A DNA stretch of 64,000 nt from Octopus sinensis (lineage: Eukaryota), in the NCBI RefSeq assembly GCF_006345805.1, contig NW_021835995.1, forward strand, positions 158,795 through 222,794, in the 5' to 3' direction. Positions 34,950 to 48,246 of this stretch are shown in pieces. A model generated the notes under the pieces. It was not told the origin of the DNA. It saw only the letters and a list, made by a program, of their open reading frames with translations, and did no database searches. Made by a program: the position numbers and the translations under genes. Positions within the stretch are counted from its first letter, which is position 1. Each line of letters begins with the position of its first letter.

Positions 34950-36630
34950 GCCTACTTACCGGAGCCGGCCTGGTCAGGATAGCAACTTTCAAAGTTTACG
35001 TTCGGTTTTTTTTTTTCCAGTTAAATTTCTCTCCAGCTGCTATTTCGGAAAGTCCAGTGTGGTTCTGGTAGATGCGATAAAAATATTATCTTTCTTCACT
35101 TAACACATCAAAATTGCCTTTGTCTGTTTGTAGACATGAGATCTAATAAAATTACTGTCGCAGCTCGCTTATTATATATATATCAAAACAACTTGCAAAT
35201 GTGCGACAGTCTATTATTCCTCTCTATGTTTTCCAAATTGACCATTGATCACTAATTAATAATTTGATTGCTAAAGATGTTAGATTTCAGTAAATCTTTG
35301 GCAGACTTTAACATTATTGAACACTAATTAACAAAAGATGCTCAGAAAAAGACACGTGTTGGGATAAAGGGTGTGCGGCAAGGAGTCACTCTGCCGTAAT
35401 TAAAGGTAAAATTAATTTAAGGTATAACTAAAAAAGGGGAAACAGAAGTCCCTCTGGCCCCCGCTTGGTTGTTGATTACCACCTTCAGCATTCAGAATGG
35501 ATAAGAGTAAGGAAACTGAAAGTCAACAGTCACAGTTTTGCCTCTATTTATGTGGCAATGCACGCACGTTAAACATAAATAAACATTTGTACTTGTGAAT
35601 GGAAGCGGGAGACAGAAATATTCTCATCACCCTTTTTCTCTCTCTTGGCGCCTGCTAAACCACACTGCTTTTCACATAGACAAACTCAGATATCTTCTTT
35701 ATCTTTTTCCTCTTTTTTTTTACACCACCAATAGCTAACAACTTACCTAACAGGCTGATGATATATACCGGCGCTTTCCACTTGCGCCGGACTCTTTGTC
35801 ACTCACATTACAGCTTAACACTTCAAAACGTTTCTTACGTTTTTTGTTTTTGTTTTTACTTGATTTTTTGTTTGTGTTTTTTTAACGTCTGCTAAATTTT
35901 CCAAAACGAAAGTGTTATACATTTTTTTATTCATACAATTTCTATTATTTATTTCCCATTTATATAATTATTTATCGAAAAAAGTAATTCTTCGTTAATA
36001 TTTATAGAATAAATAGCATATTTGGTCATACTCGGAATCAATCGGCGGCAGCTTACGGAACTTACCGAACATAGTGAAAATAAGCGGTAGCTGTGTAGCT
36101 ATAGTTGGCAATTTATCTTTATTATTTTAACTTTATATATTGTAATTCACTATAATATAAGAAACTCTTATCCTTCATAACATTCTCTTATAAAAAAAAT
36201 TTTTCTATTAACACGCAAAAATATTTTAGCATGTATTAAATAAAAATGGTATTTTGCTAGCAGTTATTATTTTATTATGTAGCTTGTAGTTAGTCTTGGT
36301 TAATTAAAAAGTCCTTTTGAACTTAAGTAGTCGGGCGGAGAAATTAAAAGCGGGTTGACGAAACAATAAATTATTTAAGAGCCAGTATCGTTTCGCCCTT
36401 GATATTGGCTAAAATTGAATATTTTACAAATAAACAATGATCAAATATGAATTAATCTGAGAATAAGTAAATTTAAATTGAATGAATTATATTTAACGAA
36501 TATTAAAATGTTCTTAAATCATCTACTTAAAAAGTGAGTGATAATTTTCAAACAATGCTTATTATAACAAAGAAATTTCGTTTCGTACATTTGGCTCGTT
36601 ATTTTTTTACATATAACAATGGTAAGTTTA
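34950..36630. promoter_or_regulatory. Candidate promoter / 5'-exon cluster, possibly bidirectional
   Basis: SINE-free, CpG-richer region. Minus-strand G|GTAAGT donors after 34960, 35747 and 36066; plus-strand ACAATG|GTAAGT at 36619-36627. Confidence 0.45.
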
Positions 36631-39600
36631 TATTAATAGAGCTGACCGTTGTGCAAGGGATCTTGGGAAAATTTATATTTAAATTTTCTCCAAATAAATT
36701 ACTTTAGTATTTTAGAATTAAACCATTTAATTTAGTAGAACTGCCACTAAAACGATAAATTAAGGTTTCTCCTACATTTTAAAATAATTTCGTTTCAATT
36801 TTATATAGATAAATTATTTATTCAACGGAAATTTAAATCGACCTTGATTTTCCGAAAAGTGAATCAGCGAAATAAAGTTTTTTTTTATTTATTTACTTTT
36901 CTATATTTTTTTTAGTTATTGCATTTTCTTTCTCTTCCTTTTGATTCTAATGAGATTAGAGTTACTTAATCAAATTAATTCCATAATTTTCCAAAAAAAA
37001 AAAGAAAGAAAACCAAGCATTCATGAAAGTATTCTAAGTAACATCATCATATCTCTTACGTCATAACGAATATGCAAATAAGCTCCAGAAACGAAGACAG
37101 ACCTTGACTGATGGAGAGGTCTTCTATCATAAATATGTCTAAATAGATATATGTTTATTTATTATTTGTTTGACTTGGAGTCGTATAGCTGGTGTTTTGA
37201 ACAATATTCACATCTTTGCGAGTGGTTTGTAGTGGTAGAAATAAAAATAGTGGTCGATCAGTCAAATATCTCTGCGACCCAATTTCGAAGACTAATACTT
37301 TTTGAGCTACAAAATGACCTTGAGAATACAATAAACCTCAACATTTGAGTTTCTTTTTATAGCAAGACTATTTTGTATATTAGATGAGATTTTATCAGAT
37401 TTGTTTTAATTTCCCCGTGTGTATACGTAAGTGCGTATGTCTAATAATGAAAGTATTTAAATTTTTTTAATAACACCCATTATTAGTTTTTCTCCATATT
37501 TTCTCATTTTTTAAAAATTATTTCCCGTTTAATCATGGGGTTCAAAGAATATTTTTTTTTTTAAATTTATTTATAAATTTGATATTATGGAACTTTTTTT
37601 TATCAGTTTCAGCTAGAGGTTGTGGCCATGCTGGGGCACCGCAATTAAGTATAGAACATTTCATTCGGCTTCTGGTTAAATTAATTTTATTCTTCTGACT
37701 CTCTTTTTTCATTTTAATGAATAAATTTGTCCTTATCATTTCGATAGAATCAAATATAATTTTGAAAACATATTTATTAAGTAGGAGAGATTCAAAATTT
37801 TTCAGAATATCAGCAATACACATTTTTCTTTTCTTTTTTTTTCTTTTTTTTTTTTTGTAATGAAATAGAATTGGTAATTAGTGTTGAAGACAAACAAAAT
37901 CTTTAAAAAGAAAAGATCCACTATGTTTTTTTGTTTTTTTTAAGTAGATATTATATTAGATTTTTAAAATATCTTAATCTAGATTCTCAACATGAATGTT
38001 ATATGTGACTTACCTCCCTTACTATGTGGAGACGTTGACCGTCTTTGCATCATGAAGTTAACCAGCTGGTGGCAGATATTTTGTTCAGACTAGCGGATCA
38101 AATGTCTCACAAATTTACTTTATTTTACCAATTCAATTAACATATTAATTTCACTGAGCCCCCCCACACTGCCTCATCTTAACATTCTGTCAACTTCTAC
38201 TGTTGCTATTTCTATGCATTAACTTTTTTTTTCCTAAGCCCTACGACCCGTAGGGCCAGCTCCCTTCTTTCTTTCCATGGCATATAAGGGACGAAAGTCA
38301 TAACATTACCCCACTGAACAGAACACCAGTACGTTGCAGGATTTAAGGCCAGCAATCTTTGAGAGGAAGGGATATTTTGTCTGGCATGATCCACAACACT
38401 TGGCAGCTCACCATCTAAATGATAATAATGGTTTCAAATTTGGTCACAAGGCCAGCAATTTCTGAGGGGCGGTTAAGTTGATTACATCATCCCCAGTGTT
38501 CAACTGGTAATTATTTTATTTACCCTGAAAGGATGAAAGGCAAAGTCAACCTCGGATGAATATGAACTCAGAATATACAGACAAATGAAATGGCACTAAG
38601 AATCTTGTTTGGTAAGCTAACGATTCAGCTAGCTCACCGCCATGATTCTATCATTCTTTTACTTGTTTCAGTCATTTTGACTGCGGCCATGCTGGAGCAC
38701 TGCCTATTAGTGGAGCAAATCGACCCCTGGACTTATTCTTTGTAAGCCTAGTACTTATTCTATCGGTCCCTTTTGCCGAATCTCTAAGTTACAGGGATGT
38801 AAACACATCCTATCGACTCCAGTGAGCCTAAAAGATTGGGTTTGGTTCTCATATTCTTCACTGTATATTAACAACCTACTTGTCACTTCTGCTAATGCTC
38901 CTACACAGACAATACCACACTTCATTCCTACTAAATGTCAGTAAACATCCACTCAGTTACCAGAGTGCAGGTACTTGATGACCTCACCAATGCTGATGCC
39001 ATGAAAAAATCATCCAGTACACTTTGTAAAGTGGTTGGCATTGAGAAGGACATTCAAGTGTAGAGAGCATGCCAAAGGAGATCTGTAGGGCTTGGTGCAG
39101 TCCTCTGGCTCCTGTTGAACCATCCAACCCATGCCAGCATAGAAAAAAGGAACATTAAATCACTACCACCAGCATAGTAATTTCGATGTGTCCCATCACA
39201 TCTACACTTTTTCCATGATCAGAGATGGTAGAAAATTTGTTTAACTGAGGCAAAACAACTTTGTATCTTTCCATTGCACAAACATAAAAATAATGGTTGA
39301 CACCAATAAAACAATCTTGTCCTTGTCATTTGGCATTGCTAAACCACATTCAATTAAAACCACAAAATGTATATAAGTGCCAAGTCTTGGAATATCTCAC
39401 ATCCATTACATAAGGCCAGAGAATTTGATCTGGGATGAGCTCCAGAACTCATAAGACAGGCAATTATCCTGGTTTTCATGACCTATAAGTGATTGAGAAT
39501 ACAACACGTTTGATACAGACTGCATACGTGTTAAAAACATGTTTTATTCTTTGATACAGATCATACACAAATCACAATTTGTATCAAGTATTTGTTTTAT

Positions 39601-40101
39601 ACCCTTATAAATTAAGGGTCAGTTTAAATGGACGACCAGCATGAATGGGTTAATCCTGAGACCATTTGTTACCTGAAATGTTTGTAAACCCAAACTATTT
39701 TTCCCATAAGAAATTCAAGAGAAGGCACAGTGGATCCGAGCGCGGATGTGCACCAAGCAGAAGCTGGACAGCAACTGATGCTCTCCTCCCACCGATACTC
39801 CCAGTTTGTCACCAACCATTGCTGCTGCTGCTGCTGCTACCTTATATGTTTGTTACTTGAAAGACTTTTTGCCACTCAAGATGTTTTATGTTTGAAAAAT
39901 TGTGAACCAATTTGTTTGTGATGAAAGGCATTCATAAATTGAGATTCCACTGTATTGTCTTCATTGAGCACCTGAGAAGACTAAAATCTTAATGATATGT
40001 GTCCTGGTTAATCTAACTTACTGAAGACCATTCTTTTCCTGAAGATAAAACAATGGAATAATTTTAAGAATTGCACAAGTAACACCTGCAAGTGAGTCTT
40101 G

Positions 40102-40304
40102 TTGTTGTTGTTAAGCAACAAGATGGGTAAGGGTGATTAGGTGATGGTCTAGGGCTTAGGGGCGGGAGAGCCCACACCTTGGAAAAAAAAAAACTTTGGT
40201 CGTCTTGTTGTAGTCGAGGGCTCTTCGTTGACGCTCAACACCACTGGGAAGTGGCCCTTGAAGTCGCTGGAAATAGAGATCTCCAGGTCCAAATTCTTGA
40301 ACGG
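40102..40304 (-). mobile_element. Short 5'-truncated retroposed insert with (AAC)n tail and 16-bp TSD
   Basis: CTGCAAGTGAGTCTTG at 40086-40101 and 40305-40320; (TTG)n at the left end. Confidence 0.75.
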
Positions 40305-41544
40305 CTGCAAGTGAGTCTTGCACAAGTGACACTTGCAAAATGTATCGTACCTTTATATGGTACTTACTCTTGTCACTGATTATTTTCCATGTCGTTTTTA
40401 CATTCTGAGTTCAAATTCCACTGAGACTGACTTTGCTCTCATCCTTTTAGGTTCAATTAGTACCAATTGATAACTGGGGTTGGTGTAATTAATTTATCCC
40501 CCACCTCCAAAATTACTGGCTTTGCACCAAATTTTTAAACTACTACTACTATTATTATTATTATTATTATTAAGATGTTGAGTGAGCAGAATCGTTAGCA
40601 TGCTGGATGAAATGCTTAGCAGTATTTCACCTGTCACTACCTTCTGAGTTCAAATTCCACCGAGGTCGACTTTGCCTTTTATCTTTTCAGGGTTGATAAA
40701 TTAAGTATCAGTGGGGTCGATGTAATCAACTACTCCCCTTGTGCCTTTAGTAGAATTTTTCAGGCCTTGTGCCTATAGTGGAAAGGATTATTATTAATGC
40801 TGTTGTTGTCGTTGTTCATTGACTGAGGTTTGTCAAATTCTTGGTCAAATTTATGTCAGCACAACCTTTAGTTTTCATATTCCAAATACTAGCAATTTCA
40901 AATTTTAAGGGATTGTATTTTCTTTTTACATCTTCTTACTTAACAATCCTAGAATCAAATGGGCATGATGGATCAATTATTATTATCATTGTTATCATTA
41001 TTATTATTACTAACACTGTTGTCTCACTAACGGTGAAATATTTGGAATTAATTGAACCATGTTGCTGGCAATAACATCTGTTAATTCATTTTGACCGTCC
41101 TTTCATACATAAAAATAGCTTAATTAGTCTTGGAATTAATCAAGAAAAACCGGTTTCATTTTCTTTTCTTTCCTGCTGAAAAACAAAGAAGACATCCTAA
41201 GTGAGAGGTGTTAAATATTTTAAGCAACCATCATCATCATTTCGTGCCTGTATTTCAAGCTTGTGTGGGTTGGACCAATAAAATGAAAATATAGGTGCAG
41301 GTGTGGCTGTGTGTTAAGAAGCTTGCTTCCCAACCACATGGTTCCAGGTTCAGTCCCACTGCTTGGCACTGTGGGCAAGTGTCTTCTATTATAGCTTTGG
41401 GCCAACCAAAGCCTCATGAGTGGATTTGGTAAATAAAAACTGCATGGAAGTCTATCTGATGTGTGTGTGTGTGTCTGTCTGTCCCCCATACTGCCTGACA
41501 ACTAGCATCAGTGTGTTTTATGTCCCATAATTTAGCAGTTCGTG

Positions 41545-41840
41545 GAGGCACATGGCCTAGTGGTTAGAGCAGCAGACTCACGGTCGAGGGATCGCAGGTT
41601 TGAAATCTCAGTCTGGGTGATGTGTGTGTTTATGAGTGTAATACCTAAGCTCCAAGCAGCTCTGGCAGAAGGTAATGGCAAACTTCTGCTGACTCGTTTG
41701 CCACAACTTTCTCTCTCTCTTTTCTCCTGCATCTAGCAGCTCACCTGCGATGGACCGGCATCCTATCCATGTGGGGTACCTATACGCCAAGGAAATCGGG
41801 AAACTGGCCCTTATGAGCCAGGCATGGCTCGAGAAGGAAC
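41545..41840 (+). mobile_element. SINE family C, tail variant 2 with a V-domain-like block
   Basis: tRNA head GGAGGCACATGGCCTAGTGG; CCTGCGATGGACCGGCATCCTATCCA at 41744-41769 resembles the V-SINE core as I recall it. Confidence 0.7.
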
Positions 41841-42558
41841 AAACAATAACAATAAACTTAGCATTTCAGCAAGAGAAACCGATAAGAATAAGTGCAACGG
41901 TTTACAAAATAGAAAAAGTACTTGGTTTGATCTATACAATTAAAATCCTTCAAGGTGTTGCTCCTGCATGATCTGCAGTCTAATGATTGAAGCAAGTAAA
42001 AGAAAAAGAATAGAAAAGATGAACTAAAATAGATGAAAAAATAACATGCAATAATCGACATCAGTGAACCTCTATGAGATGAACTGGAAGGGAGGGAGCC
42101 AAGGAAAGGGCTTCTAAGTGGTCATTCAATGACTTGCCAGATATTGCAGTCAAATTTCTTTCATATCTGCTGTCTTAAAAAGGACACATTGAACTATGTA
42201 TACCTAGCTATAACAAAACTGGGATGGTCATGAATGGATTACCTTTGATTGTACATCTGCTCAATCATGGCTAAATTGGGGCGAAACAACAACAGATTTA
42301 AAATACAAAATCAATTAAATATTCACATCATAGGCAGAGGAATGGTTGTGTGGTTCAGAAGGTGGCTCTGCAGTCACATACCTTCAGGTTCAGTCCTACT
42401 GTGTGGCACCTTGGGCAAGTATCTCCTACTATAGCCCCAGGCCAACCAATGCGCTATGAGTGAATTTGGTAGATGGAAACTGAAAGATGCCTATCATATA
42501 TGTGTGTATGTCTTTGTATTTATTTCACAAATACACATCTCTCTCCCTCTCTCTCTTT

Positions 42559-42593
<35 letters not shown>

Positions 42594-42855
42594 CATCATC
42601 ATCATCATTTAATGTCTTTTATTCATGCTGGTATGGGTTGAACGGTTTGACTAGGGCTGGCAAGCTGGAAGGCTGTATCAGACTCCAGTCTGATTTGGCG
42701 TGGTTTCTATGGCTCGATGCCCTTCGTAATGCCAACCACTCCAAGAGTGTAATGGGTGCTTTTACAAGCCACTGGCATGGGTGTCATTTGCATGACACCA
42801 GTATCTACCACAACTGCAGTTTTACTTGGCTTGATGGGTCTTATATATATATATA

Positions 42856-43784
42856 TCATCATCATCATCATCATCATCATCGTTTAACGTCCATTCTCCA
42901 TGCTAGCATGGGTTGGACGGTTCGACCGGGGATCTGGGAAGCCAGAAGGCTGCACCAGGCTCCAGTCTTATCTGGCAGTGTTTCTACAGCTGGATGCCCT
43001 TCCTAACGCCAACCACTCCGTGAGTGTAGTGGGTGCTTTTTACGTGCCACCTGCACAGGTGCCAGGCGAGGCTGGCAACGGCCACGGTCGGATTGGTGTA
43101 TTTTATGTGCCACCGGCACGGAAGCCAGACGAGGCGGTGCTGGCATCGGCCACGAGTCGGATGGTGCTTTTTACGTACCACCAGACCAGGGATCCTGCCT
43201 GGTTCAATTTGATTTCGATTTCGCTTGCCCCAACATGTCTTCGCAAGCAAGGGGGTTGGCATGGGTGCCTGTTGTACGGTCAGATTGGTGTATTTTACGT
43301 GCCACCGGCACGGAAGCCAGTGGAGGCGGCGCTGGCATCAGCCACGAGTCGGATAGTGCTTTTTACGTACCACCAGACCAGGGAACCTGGCTGGTTCAAT
43401 TCGATTTCGCTTGCCCCAACATGTCTTCGCAAGCAAGGGGGTTGGCATGGGTGCCTGTTGTACGGTCAGATTGGTGTATTTTACGTGCCACCGGCACGGA
43501 AGCCAGTGGAGGCGGCGCTGGCATCGGCCACGAGTCGGATAGTGCTTTTTACGTACCACCAGACCAGGGAACCTGGCTGGTTCAATTCGATTTCGCTTGC
43601 CCCAACATGTCTTCGCAAGCAAGGGGGTTGGCATGGGTGCCTGTTGTACGGTCAGATTGGTGTATTTTACGTGCCACCGGCACAGAAGCCAGTGGAGGTG
43701 GCGCTGGCATCGGCCACGAGTCGGATAGTGCTTTTTACGTACCACCAGACCAGGGATCCTGGCTGGTTCAATTCGATTTTGACT

Positions 43785-43786
<2 letters not shown>
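42856..43786 (-). mobile_element. Young RTE-type 3' end with an internal 186-bp tandem array
   Basis: (CAT)n plus RTE terminal block; units start at 43087, 43279, 43465 and 43651. Confidence 0.85.
43087..43780. repeat. 186-bp tandem repeat, ~3.7 near-identical units (first unit 192 bp)
   Basis: Unit spacing 192/186/186 bp; gives 62-aa repeats in ORF 42900-43817. Confidence 0.95.
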
Positions 43787-43818
<32 letters not shown>

Positions 43819-44724
43819 TCTTATCTAAGTCAACATTCTAATATCCAAAAGCTGATGAACTAACTAAATTGTTTCTCCATTTCCTTATTTGTATTATAAA
43901 TTAATGGTAAAATATTTATTTACCTTCACCCATTTAATACAATAAATAAGTTAATTGCATTGCAATTAAAAACATCTACACATACATATATACATACATA
44001 TGATGGGCTTCTTTCAGTTTCCATCTACCAAATCCACTCACAAGGCTTTGGTCGGCACAAGGCTATAGTAGAAGACACTTGCCCAAGGTGCCATGCAGAG
44101 GGATTGAACCTGGAACCATGTGGTTCGTAAGCAAGCTACTTACCACACAGCCACAAGAACAAATATTTCAAGAACTAAAAATAAAAGTCTTAAACTTAAA
44201 ATCAGTCTTAAGAAATTCAGTAAGCTATACATTTCTGTCTAGAAATGTTTTTGTTTTATTATTATTACTTCTTCCTAGATTGGAACAAGAAGAAGCTTGC
44301 CAAGTTTTATTTCATTGAACATTGGTTTCCAGATAAGAAGGAAAGATATATATTGAGAAGTGGAAGAATGTAAATAAATACATCATGTCTCTAATTTAAA
44401 TGTCTGGGCTACTTGTAGCTATGTGATGCCTCAATCATATCTTGTGACCACAACTTTAAACAATGATGAAGACACAAGCAATCAAAATTGCCAAAGATAA
44501 TAAAGATTTCGATTTCATAACATTGGCAAAATATCTTTGTAAGTCTAGCAAAAGCTAAAACAGTTAAATATAGTAATAATTTAAGCAGCACGAGTAGAAA
44601 GCTGACTCCAAGTAATCTGATAAAAGCAGTTAACAAAATATGTCTTATTAAACCGTGGAAGTTTGCAATTGGAAAATAAAATGGGGAAAGTATTTCATAA
44701 CTTGGCCGCATAACAAAGGTTTGT

Positions 44725-44960
44725 GTGAGTGAAGGAGTGAGTGAGTGAAGGCCTGAGTGAGTGAGGGAGTAAATGGGGGTGAGGGAGGGAGGGAGGGAGT
44801 GAATGAAGGAGTGAGGGAGGGAGTAAGGGAGTGAAGGAATGAGTGAGGGAGTGAGTGAATGAAGGAGGGAGGGAGTGAGGAAGGGGGAGGGGGAGTGAGT
44901 GATAGAGGGAGTGAATGAATGAGTGATAGAGTGAGGGAGGGAGGAAATGAAGGAGTGAGT
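44725..44960. repeat. Purine-rich (GAGT/GGGA)n low-complexity tract
   Basis: Direct inspection. Confidence 0.9.
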
Positions 44961-45460
44961 GCTTATGGTTACATATATGTTTTTCCCGAAGACCAGAAAC
45001 AAACAACCTCGCATGTATAGTAACCAGGGTATGACAACCTCGCTTGTATGACAGTGATGCTCATTTACAACCATAGTGTGATGTCTAAACAAAGGTAGGT
45101 ACACACACACACACACACACAATATATAGTATACATATATACAATGGGTCTCTCCTAGTTCCCATCTATTAAATCCACTTACAAGGCACTAGGTTAAAGT
45201 AGAAGACACTTCTTTAGGTGGGACTGAACCTAAAACTATGTGAATTCAAAGCAGGCTTCTTAACCACACAGCCATTCTGTACCCAATAATAGAATAAATG
45301 AAAATAAAGAAGAACAAATTCAGAAATTCTATTTTATTAGACTTTCGTCTTTTGACTCTTCAGAACATGTAATGTGAAATGGCTTGGAGTAAGTAACAAA
45401 CCCAAATCAAAATTGAAATAAAAAATAATCTTCAATTGTTCATTACTTGAGAAAAATTAA

Positions 45461-45756
45461 TCTTTATATATAAAACTGAAGTTGTGTGTGTGAGAGTCTG
45501 TCTCCTCCGATTTAGATTCCTAACTACTCCCACATTTTGCGGTACAGTTTAATCAAAAGCGGGTATCTTATAGTCGTGATTCATAACGAGCCCTTCTGGG
45601 TATTAGTGCGTGTCTACGATGAGTCTATGATGATAAAAAAATTTACCATCATTTTTTCGCATTTTTTGCTTGGTTTATATAAGGGAAGTAACTCTCTAAA
45701 ATGCTTATATAGTTATTTCCCTTACAAACCCGAGCAATGCTGGGTGATACTGCTAG
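45461..45756 (+). mobile_element. Non-autonomous Helitron (296 bp)
   Basis: A|TCTTTATATATAAAAC start; ACCCGAGCAATGCTGGGT hairpin followed by CTAG|T end. Confidence 0.8.
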
Positions 45757-47918
45757 TTATATATAAAGGTAAAATATAATTTTATTTTTCATAAGGCAAA
45801 ATGTTGATTCTTATAGAGATAAGTTAGTATATTGTTTTAAATCATTTTGCTTCATTTCATTTTTTACATCTGCATTCTGATTGGGCATCAATTGGATAAA
45901 ACTTTTTGATAAATCTATTTTCTGTGGTGGGATGTTGGCCCCTGAAGGAAAGCACCATGGATTACAGCATCAAGTGGAGAATTCTGGAGTGGTGGAAGTC
46001 TTACTTTGAAAGCAATAGGAAGTGCAAGCTATACCTGACAGAGAAAAGAATTACAAAGAACTCTCTCTCTCTCAGACATCTAAACTGCAAAAGCAAGATG
46101 TTCTGATCATGTCCACATGAAAGGAAATATGTGCATAGATTCTGGCAGACTGCAACATGATTATAAAATGAATATGTGTGTGGCCTTGTGTTTGTCCCCA
46201 CTCACCACCACTTGACAACTGGCATTGGTTTGTTTACATCCCATAAGAGACCAACAGAATAAGCAGCAGATGTGACAGTATGAACTGAGATCAATTTGTT
46301 CGACCAAACCATTTGAGGTGCTGCTCCAGAATAGCTGTAGTTCAATGACACAAGGGTAAACTATCTACACTTTGCTCTTCACTCTGGGGTTGTAGACCTT
46401 TGTTGCCAGTAGCAACAGCAGAAGTTCTGTGAACTTTTCCCAGAATGTTCTTATCTTGCCTACTATACTTTTTCAGAGCCACCATTTACCTGGCTAATTT
46501 GGAAGCAAAAACTATCAACTACTTCATGTGAACCATCTGGGCATTTAAGAGAATCTCTTTCTGGTATGCTCATTGTGTATCATTATCATCAGGCATCATC
46601 ATCATCATCATCATCATCATCATTTAACGTCTGCTTTCCATGCTGGTATAGATTAGATGGCTTGGCAGGAAATGGTAAGCTGCAGAGCTGCATCAGGATC
46701 CAGTCTGACTTTGTCTTGCTTTCTACAGCTGGATGCCCTTCCTAAAGTCAACCACTCCAAGAATATAGTGGGTACTTTTTACATGTCACTGACACTGGCC
46801 ACAACTAATATTTCACTTTGAGAAATCTTTTCAAGCACAGCAAATCATCAAAGGTTACGATCACTTGTCATCTCCTTCATAAGACCCAACATTTGAAGGT
46901 AATGCTTCACCACCTGGTCCCATGTCTTCCTGAGTCTACCTCTTCAACAGTTCCTTCCACATATCTCCATTCAAGCGTCTCAACAATCTGACCAGACTTA
47001 CCTTTCAAAATGCCTATACTGGCAATGCAACTCTGAAGGGATGTATGGGGAAACGGAGGTAAGATGAGGTGGGGGATCTGCGGCTTTTGGCACCTAAAAG
47101 GAAGATTCAAAATTCATTTGCAAACAGACATGTCATAATAGGTATCCTTGCATTTAATCTCCCATCATTCATATTACATTCAATCTCCCATCATTCATAT
47201 TACAATCATTCATATTACATTCGCTGCTCCCCCTTTAGTACAATAGGTGTTAGTACAAATACAATTAATCAATTAAATAAGTTAAACAAATAAATAAGAG
47301 TAGGGCAATTAATTCATTACATATAATTAGTTGGCTAATTGACTAAGCAATAAAATAACTACACCGCTGGTCATGGTTAGTTTTGTTTTCTGTTGGGGTG
47401 AAGTAACAAGGTACAGCGTTTTGTGTTGCAGCAATGTGGGTGACACTACAGGGGGGATGGTGGTGTTGGTGGTTGGTGGCAGAGGAAGGGTTGCCATGAG
47501 AGGTTCCAGTTCAGAAGAGAGATTTCCAGTATAGGTGGTGGGGGTGGGAAAGGGTGGGCACATTGCAGATAAGTAAACATAAAGCAAATTCATAAGTGTT
47601 AACAAAGAGATGACAGGAGAAAGGAGAGATGGAGCCAGCATCAGTTAATTAGATCAGGTTAAATAAATTAATCAAGTTAAATTAAATTAAATCTAGTTAA
47701 GTTAAATTAATACAGGTGAGGGCCAGTGAGACAGAATTTGGATCAATGTTGGGGGACGAAGACCAGCTTATCTTCTCTGTGCATATTTCAGCATGCATGT
47801 CTGAAAGGTAGCCAAAGGTAAGTCCTGCATACATGTATATATGTATATATATATATATAGACAGACATATATATACAGGTATATACCTATATATTTATAT
47901 ATACCTATTTATACATAT

Positions 47919-48205
47919 GTGGAGGCGCAATGGCCTAGTGGTTAGGGCAGCGGACTCGCCGTCGCAGGATCGCGGTTTCGATTCCCAGACCGGGCGTTGT
48001 GAGTGTTTATTGAGCGAAAACACCTAAAAGCTCCACGAGGCTCCGGCAGGGGGGGTGATCCCTGCTGTACTCTTTCACCACTCTTTCTTCTGTTGACCTG
48101 CTTGCTTAGCCAGCGGGGTGGCGTCATTCGAAGGCTAAAACAATGCGAACGCATTGTGACCAGCGATGTGTAACAACGTCTGATGGTCTGGTCGGTCATG
48201 TGATA
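47919..48205 (+). mobile_element. SINE family C, tail variant 3 (young)
   Basis: GGAGGCGCAATGGCCTAGTGGTTAGGGCAGCGGACTCG head with CpGs retained; the tail also occurs inverted at ~58440-58530. Confidence 0.88.
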
Positions 48206-48210
48206 TATAC

Positions 48211-48246
<36 letters not shown>

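Noticed and set aside
39666-39921. Two overlapping short ORFs in a GC-richer patch
   Set aside because: No recognisable motif or splice context, and it includes a (CTG)n run.
43087-43780. Regular repeat array as a CRISPR or host repeat-protein gene
   Set aside because: The units are contiguous with no unique spacers, the sequence derives from an RTE 3'UTR, and the context is eukaryotic.
47919-47995. tRNA-like sequences (also at 7491, 9975-10049, 18457, 41545) as tRNA genes
   Set aside because: They have A/B boxes but no complete cloverleaf, and each runs into a repeated SINE body.
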